From Eledone cirrhosa (taxonomy: Eukaryota): a DNA stretch of 64,000 bases. The translations under genes and the position numbers were made by a program. The notes under the pieces were generated by a model that saw only the letters and a list, made by a program, of their open reading frames with translations, did not search any database and was not told the origin of the DNA. The stretch lies in NCBI GenBank assembly GCA_964016885.1, contig OZ024741.1, forward strand, positions 124,310,001 to 124,374,000, given 5' to 3'. Below are positions 52,047 through 64,000 of this stretch, piece by piece. Every line of letters begins with the position of its first letter. Positions within the stretch are counted from its first letter, which is position 1.

Positions 52047-53504
52047 TAGTTGTTAGATATATGTAACATGTTATTTTTGTAGGTGAATCCAGTCTTCAAA
52101 TGTCCATTCGTCTCTTCATCTGTATTTTATCTTTGAAAGTTTTAATGCCATTATTCCCAGATTTCGACATTGATATATATTTTAACGTTAACAGGTAGAC
52201 ATCTAACAGTAGTGTTAATATATTTTTCATACAAGTGCGTTTAAAAAGAGGTTTCAATAGATCTATGCGTATCTCAGCTGCTATAACTAATAAATCAAGC
52301 AGTTGGAGTATCAAACAGATTACAGTAAATTTAATAACGCAACGACATGTGTATACAGGGAAATCAGTTTAGTTCAATGGTAGTAAATTAATGGAAGGTA
52401 TGACAAGTTTACATAAATAGAGACTAATGATTGGATGATTTAATTAATTTCCAGCTTTCTGACAAAACATAAAAATTATTTTGTCTGGTTGCGCGAATAC
52501 ATTTACACAATATAGCTCCAATGGATGTGGAGTTATATAATTTAACTTTGCATGTGGAATCAAATAGTGAGGCAACCATTCATAACTTTTGCGGATATTA
52601 TCTTTGGCATATATTCAGTTTCGTTAGCTTGTAAATATAAACAATATACAATAAACTAAAGATAAAGTTGAGACACTGTTGAGATACTTTTTGTATTAAC
52701 CCATAGTTGACAATCTGAAATAACAGACTATGTTTGCATATTTGTTAAATATGTTAAATTGACAATTGTTCAATATATGCAATAATAATATATATACATT
52801 TTCATCACATCCGTGCCCGACGTGACTCCTGTCAGAAATGTTCAGCTAATTTTGTTCACAAAATTTTTGATATTTCAATTTTTTATGTATTCCCAGAATA
52901 GGTACGTGCATGATTTGAAACATAATAGGAAAGATTTTGTAGAGAAACGACATAATAATTGTAATAGTTGAGCGTGTCTGTCAAGTGATTTAAGTTGAAA
53001 TTGTCTGTTGAAACTAAAGCCATTCCACCGTGGTAGATTTTTTTCCAGCATTTCAAAAACAAAGTCCCATGCAAAAAAAACTATTAAATTCTCATTATAT
53101 TTATAATTTCATTTATCCCTTGTCACAGTGACCAGGCTGCAAATATTTCGACAAAACGTTGACACTTAATATATGATAGATGAAATGTGTGTATGAGTAT
53201 TTCACACTTTTAATGGCTGAATTAAATCATGAATGATGGCATTACAATAAATGTAAGTCTGATGCAAGCCTATCAATCAGAGCTCATTATATGATTTTTC
53301 TGTTTTCTAATCTCATTTGCATGGGTTATAATAGATAATTCTTTTATATTCATTTGGATTGTGAGGTTGCTTGAAGTCGGGTCAATATACGCGGCTGATG
53401 AGCTGGCTATTTGTTCAGTTACACTGAAAGTTCGTATGTATATAGATTAAAATATATGTATGTCTAAGTAGGTTCCGCAGAAAGATAATCATTATAATGT
53501 GAAG

Positions 53505-53790
53505 CCATGTGGCTTAGTTCTTATGGTGCTCAGCTCAGGAATTCGATGTTTTGAGATCGATTCCCTGTAGTGCGTTGTTCCTTTCAGCAATGCACTTAAT
53601 TTCACGAAGTTTCCACTATTCTGGCTACAATGAGCTGTACCTATAAATCAAAGGACCAGCTCCGCTAGAAACTGTAACACGCAGACTCTCAGAAATAGGT
53701 TACGTGCACGCTTCTCTATCTAATGCTCAGCCATTTGCAGGTTACTTTCACGAACGGGTGATTCCGTCGTTTGTACAACTTGGACATTCA
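53505..53790 (+). mobile_element. Second tRNA-derived SINE family, old copy
   Basis: gtggcttag..gagatcgattccc head; body similar to 16385-16760. Confidence 0.6.
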
Positions 53791-56414
53791 AAGTTGCAGA
53801 AATCCAACGCATGTTCATTGAAACGTTTGATTGAATTTCTTATAATTCTTTTATGGAAATTCTGAAATAGTTTCCTTTTATGCATCGGGAAATTGAAGTA
53901 CGATATATCGATATACTGCCATTTTATCAATATTCAGTGTAGTTCAGTTGAGATAGTCCCAATCTCACCTCATCTATCTGTTTGGTATCGATAGGTGTCT
54001 CATAAGAACCATCATTTCAAGCACAACAGCCATTCGAATATCCCCTTGACAATATTTCAATAACCGACATATTATCAAAGACAAGATCAATTCAGTCATT
54101 CTTAAAGCATTCATATATCTTTGATATGAAAGTGATAACCATGTCTATGGTCATTGCATGCTAGCGTCGATCGCAACGATAAGGGAATAATATTTGATAT
54201 AAAACTATTTTACAGTATGAATGAACATCTTAAAGATACAGTTGTCATTAGTTACTTCTGACGTTATCAACTCAATCTTATATCATTCGACATTTGCAAT
54301 GTCTATACTTTGATAATTAAATATAAATTGCGCCTTATAGTCGTAATTTATAATTATTCAAGTAATCTATTCCTAAATCGATTTTTCTAGAATTATTATT
54401 AATGTGTCTTTATCATTTCTGAAGGAAGCATGAAACTTTTAAAGCTAAATATTTCATCTCTTTCCTGTCAAATCTATCAGTAAGGTAGTACTGTTAGTTT
54501 GTAGAACGTTGTGCTTCTTAGACGTAACTTAAACTGGGAAATAAACATTGTTTCCACTATTAACCGTAACGTGAATTTAATTATTTTTCCAATATATTAC
54601 TCTCATTTGAAACGTATATAAAATGTATAACAGAAGTAACCTGCCTTGAGTTTAGAATACGCACACACATGCACATTTACAAATACACACACGCACACAC
54701 ACACACATACATATACACACACATACACACACACACACACACACATATATGTATATAGATATATACATATAAGTAATTGAAGAAATTAAAAAAAAAATGT
54801 TCCTATTCTTTCAATTTATTTAGCGTAAATTGCATGTTAACGATTACAGTAAAATAACTGCTAAACTCAACATGTTTTCATATTAATCTTAGGAATTAAA
54901 TAGTTTACTGGGACCCCCCCCCCCCCCCCCCCCGAGTCAATACATGCACTGGAAGATACCATAATCAAATTATTTGTTAAAATTTCCAATTTCCGATTCA
55001 GGATATTTGAATTATTATATATCGATCCATACAAATATAAACGGATTCTAAATGCTAATTTTAATTTCGTATAATTTTCTTGAAGTAGGCGGCGAATTGC
55101 CAGAATCGTTAGAACGTCCGCTAGGGCACTTAGCAACATTCATTCTGACTTGCTGCGTTCTTAGTTCCACTAACACCGAAATCACTTCGTCTTTCGTCCT
55201 GTTGAGATTGATAAAGTATCATTCCAGTACTGATATCCAGTCTTCCTCTATACCTCATTCACATTCTGTCTCTCAATCTCACTCTCTCTAACTCTGGAAG
55301 AAATAGGTTGTGTTCAGAACTGAAGTGTGGTGGGCTCCGTCAGATCTACATGTGCAAGACTCGTTTTATATAATTGTTCGCTTACAATTCCTTATGGATA
55401 GGATGCTTGACGTATAATTGTAATGTCATCTGTTCGATTCCAGGACAGCTTGCTCATTCAAATAATGTGCAAGTAACTGAGTATTCCACATATAAGTGTA
55501 TCCTTAATGTAATCTTCAAGGAGATTCAACGTGAAGTCGATTGTCACAAACTAGTCCTTTGAATTACAAGTACAGTCCCCGCTACAGCCTTGAAACAATT
55601 TCCCTCAACCCAATTTCATTCCAAAGACATCGGTGGACCTGTCGCCAGATCTGTCAACTCTGCCCGTCGGATGGGGAGATCTCCCATCCACTTTGGAGTA
55701 GGTGTGAGATGTCTTCCCTTGTGAAAATGACTATAACAGTCAGTACGTAAAATCGCCCCATTTTGCCTCATTTCTCCCCGTTTTGGGGCCCCTTTTTTCA
55801 TGGTACGCCCGGTTTGGACTTTTAGATTTTGGCAGGTCTGTGAAGCTACGGTAAATGACACTTACATAAGATCCTATACAGTGGAATCGAACCTGGGACT
55901 TAATGGTTTCGAAGCAAACCCCTTTAACATAGGGACAAGCTTCGTCCACATCCATATATATACACCAGTATATATAACAAAAGGAGGGAAATGGCAGACT
56001 TGTTAGAACATAGGATTGCATGTTTCAAGGCTCTGACTCTTGCGCAAGGTGTTAATATTAGTTCAAATTATACTGATGGTCAGAATGTATTACCTGCCAT
56101 CGAGAGAATAACTGATTATAAAACTGTAATGACTAGCGGAATATTGCGGCTGTCTGCTACTAAAATGTAACAGTTATCATGGATGGTGAGTGAACGTTAA
56201 TACAAGCTTGACATATAAAAGATTTCTTGTGTCTAATTCTATTTATCATTTACTATCTCTATGTTATATATCCATAGTGTCAAATTTTATTAAACCTTAA
56301 TGAAATACATTTGCATTTTATATATATCATTTAATTATTACTTGCCGTAATATTACTTTAGAAATACTATTATAGATATAAATATTAATATAAATCATTA
56401 ATAAATTATACGAA

Positions 56415-56812
56415 CTGAGTTCAAATCCCGCCGAGGTTAATTTTGCCTTTCATCCTTACGGGGTCGATAAAATAAAGAACCAGTAATACACTGGGATAAT
56501 TGCTGGCCTGGTACCAAAAGTAGAAACAATTAATAAATTATACGAACATTTACTTTAAAATAACGTTATTGGTGCATATACCTTTTTTTTAATGGAATTG
56601 AAATATATAGAATAAATGTAGGAAAATGTTTCTACATTTGGCACAAGGCAAGCAATTACCCAGTGTATCACTGGTACTTTATTTTATCGACCCAGTAAGG
56701 ATGAAAGACAAAGTTAACCTCGGTGGGATTTGAACTCAGAATGGCAAGGGCCGTAACTCTATGCGTCAAAGGATGGCGTCCGACCCTCTACCGATACTGC
56801 CAATCCACCGCC
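56415..56812. mobile_element. Two convergent SINE copies (56415-56530 +, 56625-56812 -)
   Basis: Match to the dominant family. The first copy is flanked by repeated ttaataaattatacgaac, a candidate TSD. Confidence 0.85.
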
Positions 56813-56876
56813 TAATAAATGTAATAATATTTGTAAAATTATTATTTTCTATATGCCTACAAACTCACACACACAC

Positions 56877-57911
<1,035 letters not shown>

Positions 57912-57917
57912 GATATA

Positions 57918-57969
<52 letters not shown>

Positions 57970-58102
57970 TATATATATATATACATATATATAACTATAT
58001 ATATATATATATACATATATATAACTATATATATATACATATAACTATATATATATAGTTATATATTACTACATATATATATATATAGTTATAATCTATA
58101 TA

Positions 58103-58138
<36 letters not shown>

Positions 58139-58206
58139 TATATATATATAGATATAGATATATATAGATACAATCTATATATAACTATATAGTTATAATG
58201 TATATA

Positions 58207-58270
<64 letters not shown>

Positions 58271-58302
58271 TATATATATATAGATTATAAATATATATAT
58301 AA

Positions 58303-58337
<35 letters not shown>

Positions 58338-58629
58338 ACGAGAGGAAGAGAGAGAGAGAGAGAGAGATTATATATATATAAATATAAGTATGTATGTATA
58401 CGTACATACATACATATATGTATACAGACGCACAGCAGTATGTATATATATACATACATGCACACATATATATATGCACGTATACATACATACATACATA
58501 CTTACTTTTAAGTAAGTGCCGTCCTAAGACTGAGAAATGAAATTTCGTTTCATTCTATTCTATATATAAATATATATATATATAGATAGATTATAACTAT
58601 ATATCTATATAGTTATAATCTATATATAA

Positions 58630-58686
<57 letters not shown>

Positions 58687-58710
58687 TAATCTATATATAT
58701 ATATATATAT

Positions 58711-58930
58711 ATAGGAAAAAGTATGACCCCGACGGCAGAGCTCAAGCCGTTTCGACGGCTTTTTGGGGACTAAATAAGAACTAAAATTCTAATTTAGTCC
58801 AGAAATAGCCGTCGAAACGGCTTGAGCTCTGCCATCGGGGTCATACTTTTTCCTATTTCCCACTCGACTACCCTAAGTATTGAGTACTCTGGTGCGTTAT
58901 GGTCCATCTGTTTCCTTACTACAATTCCTT
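58711..58930 (+). mobile_element. Fold-back repeat carrying the 3' half of an HHR (third, more divergent copy)
   Basis: Hairpin 58711-58856 with near-perfect outer arms and an imperfect centre; shared downstream body. Confidence 0.75.
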
Positions 58931-59710
58931 TGTTATAATTATATATATATATATAAATATAAATTAATAAAAACAATGAATACAAACAAAGAAAAAGTTC
59001 CTTATATTAAAAAAATTCATCATTTTACGATCGTTTCTAGGATATATATGTGCGTTGGTATGTATATCCTATAGATCTATGTAAAAATATTACAAACTAT
59101 CAGAGGAAATATACATACCTTCACATATATATGCTGTCTTCAGAAATGATGAGATTTGTTTATTGAAAAAAACCAACAAAGATTTATTATAATAGGTCTG
59201 TTTGGGAACAGGTTTTGAATTGACCAATAGAAAAGTAGTAAGAGGTCAAGTTGATAGAATAGTAGAAGTAGAAATTTAATTTAGGGTTAGAGGAGTGCAG
59301 ACTTATGTTTTGAATGGAAAGAATACTTTGAATGAAAAGACTACTTTGGGGATGAAAAGAGGTCAAGCCGGTGAAGGGTATACGCAAATTTGATGTTATT
59401 AAAGAATAATGATAAAAACGAAGGAAAGTAAAATATTAGTGTAAGGGTATTAGTGAGAAATACCAATCTTATTAAACCACAAGGAATCTAGATCTATAAC
59501 AAGAAATTAAATTAATTGATAGGTATACTTATAGGGATCAATTTATATTAATTCATATGGATGTGATAAATAAGAATTAGATGTTATTAAAGAATGTTAT
59601 TAAAAACGAAGGAAAATAAAATTTTGGGATAAGGGTAGTAGTGAGAAATACCAATCTTATATAAACTACAAGGAATATAGTTATAATCTCTCTCTCTATA
59701 TATATATATA

Positions 59711-61125
<1,415 letters not shown>

Positions 61126-61348
61126 TATATAGATTATAACTATATATATATATATAGTTATAATCTATATATAACTAGATATACACATTTTAGTACAGCA
61201 TTAACGAAGCTTTAGGCTGCTGCGGCTAAGCAAACGAATGCATATTCGGAATGCAGCTTAGCACTCGATGGGGAATAATACCCCAGAGTTATAACAATAC
61301 GTTTAGACAGCTTTGCAAATCAAATATAGCGACCAGCAGTCCAGCCGC

Positions 61349-61362
61349 ATTGCCATAGCAAC
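61349..61362. promoter_or_regulatory. Candidate RFX X-box
   Basis: ATTGCCATAGCAAC matches GTTGCCATAGCAAC at 13 of 14 positions, in apparently unique and locally more GC/CpG-rich sequence. Confidence 0.35.
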
Positions 61363-63965
61363 GAAAAAAAACTGAAGTCAGGGAAAGATTTTATCTGACC
61401 TGGACCATCAAGTGTACATCGAATGCAACACTTAACGCATATCGAATAGCATACAATATATATCACATATAACATACAACATCCACGCTAGGTTTCTGTA
61501 AATCCGAGATCGACTAATTCCGCTTGCAGGGGTCTGCAAGTTAATGGCCTTTTATCGTTGGAAAGGTTCTAACTGCCAATAAAATCACCCACGCCAGTTT
61601 AGATTCACTTCAGTTAAATTTTAGTTAAGAAACTAATCCATTCATCGGTTAGTTTAGTAACCGTGTGGTGTATTTGTTAAATTATCATAGCTCTTTCATT
61701 CGGTTCTTCTTAATATACATTATTTTCTCCCTCCCCTACCACCACAACCATAATTTCCATTTTTATAGAAATATCCATTTACAACTGCTGTAGTTATAGT
61801 AAAGCTTTCCCGGAAACGTTTCTCTGTCTCATTTTTCACCAACTATGTACCAGTAGCGTCTCCATGCCCCTGAGTATTATTTAAAGGTAAATATAGGCAT
61901 GCAACCCTTTCTGTAAGCATATTTGTAATTAATTATTTGTGTCTCTTTATTTCAAATAGGCATTTATCATAGATATAGCTAATTTATAATTATTTGTAGA
62001 AACAATTTTAAAGGTACCAGAGGAGTGAAACTTACCTTGTGAGATTCACCGTTGACCCCTTAATATTACCCCTTAATATCCTGCACTCCATGAAACCAAA
62101 TTAGCGAGACATTATTAAAAGGTAAAACAAAAACAAAAACTATGACTGCATCACGTACGAACTATAAGTCATTCTTTTAATTCATTTTACATTTTCAAGT
62201 AGTAAATATTCTAAGAAAATGTGTATGCATTAATAAACCACATTAGACACAAATTAAAATAAACAGTTCAATTATCAAACGTCTTTTTTAGATATTTTCT
62301 GCTAAATCATTAAAAGATGTTTAGAGTTAATATTATTCCGCATTCTCTCTATCATTCTCCTTCGCACACATGCATATGTATGATTTACCTCTCTTTGTGT
62401 GTATACGTATGTGTTTTTGATTGCAAGCAAATTTCAATGTGTATAATTGTATTTCTCTGTTGACTTTATTATTTGGCAACACACAGTAAATTGGCGTGAA
62501 AAGGCCTCGAGTTATCGTTTAGATAATATTAATTCGTGTCATTTCGGATTTTCCGTTCACCTCACATAACAACGATGATGCTTAAAAATAAACATTTAAT
62601 ATTCGTTGCAATTTTCGAAATAATGAAATTTTAGTGTAGAATTTTCTGGTTTGAATTATGTTAGATATAGGCTGAGGCAACGAATTAAAAGAGCAGTTAT
62701 CACGTCAGATTGACTGATTGGTAGGATTAACTTCAGCTCTTACACCTTTGATTTCAAATCCTGGCGCGGTCATCCTTGCTTTTCATTATTCTGGTGTCTA
62801 TAAAATAAAGAACTAGTCGGTTACTGAGGTCACATTCCAGAATTATTAGGATTTACACAAGTCTCCTCTCCTTTGTGCTTTTACATATACAGTGATTCCT
62901 CCTTGCTTCTTATAATTGCTTTGAGATCTGCTCATGATGGCAATATGCTACTTCTCGTATATATATATATATATATATAAAAGGGGAAGCTTAGTAAAAT
63001 CGAAGCAAAGTCGACCTACAATAAGGAATGAGTAGCAAAGCACTCAATCCTTAGAGTAATAACATACGTTTAAATAGCTTGACAAATTGAAAATTGTGGT
63101 AAGCAAAACCCATCCATAAAATACCAAAGTAACGAAAGAACTAATCAGGTTAAAAACAGACCTGGACAGATCGGACGATACTTTGCAATACGTCCGATAT
63201 GTTTCTATGAATCCGAAATCATCTCTCCAATTTACGTAACACGTAAGCTTGTGATATTGCATGATCGAACCAGGGATTCATTTAATCAACAGGCATTCCG
63301 TTCTATTGCTTCAAACTGAAATATATATATATATATATATATATAAATGAAAATAGAGAAATTAATGTGAGCAAGAAGCCAACAGTATTTCATAATATAT
63401 AAGTGACTATAACGTCAAGATGGAAAATATTTAACGTAAGATATGGGAAAATAATTCAAACTCAATTCAAAAATGTCAAGACAGATATTTTATCCACAAA
63501 TTTTGTGAAAACCAGGGAAAAAACCAATAGAGTCTTAACACAGAATAAAATTAAGGTTAAATACTTATCCTTCAATTTGGAAAAACAACAAATGCTCTAT
63601 ATAGTCTTAAAAAGACTATTTCACGAAACTTTTCAGGGGGGTTAGTCATGGTTGGAGTGGTTCATCAGTAGAGATCAAACACGATAACCAAAAATCCTGC
63701 TAAAATATGCCAGAAAGGGAATTTAAAAGCAGGCTAGTACACCTCGTGTGGAATTATGAAAATAAACACACATGGAGAACAAGGCTAATGACGTCAGAAT
63801 GAGACAAATGTCTGTTTACAAGAAACAGCAGTCAAAACATTCCGAAAAAAACTCAACAAAAGGTATGGAGTTCAGCATATAGAAATATTATCGCGGTTTT
63901 TATTTTTAAAAATACCGGGATTAGTAAAATAATTTTCACCACACTAGGAAAAATTCCGAGTATAA

Positions 63966-64000
<35 letters not shown>

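Noticed and set aside
52083-52194. Candidate exon (ttatttttgtag|...acag|gtagac) with one open frame
   Set aside because: The peptide is unrecognisable and such splice-like sites are common in AT-rich DNA.

Overview
AT-rich, microsatellite-dense eukaryotic DNA with no confidently identifiable host gene. The tRNA-derived SINE families resemble those of octopod cephalopods; this taxon call is an inference. The window is dominated by retroelements. There are at least five Penelope-like elements (PLEs; RT + GIY-YIG), including a near-full-length Neptune-type copy (24907-29265) and two Naiad-like copies. There are also RTE and CR1 LINE relics, a mariner with both TIRs, a Tc1-like element split by an RTE, hAT relics and many SINEs. 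The main signal is non-coding: about ten distinct sequence families carry type I hammerhead ribozyme (HHR) cores or remnants, and nearly all end in (TA)n tracts. These include ORF-less tandem units of about 560 and 458 nt (retrozyme-like), HHRs with unusually long stem II inserts, and three insertions that fold back on themselves within what looks like HHR stem II. All coordinates, alignments and folds were read by eye; no search or folding program was run.
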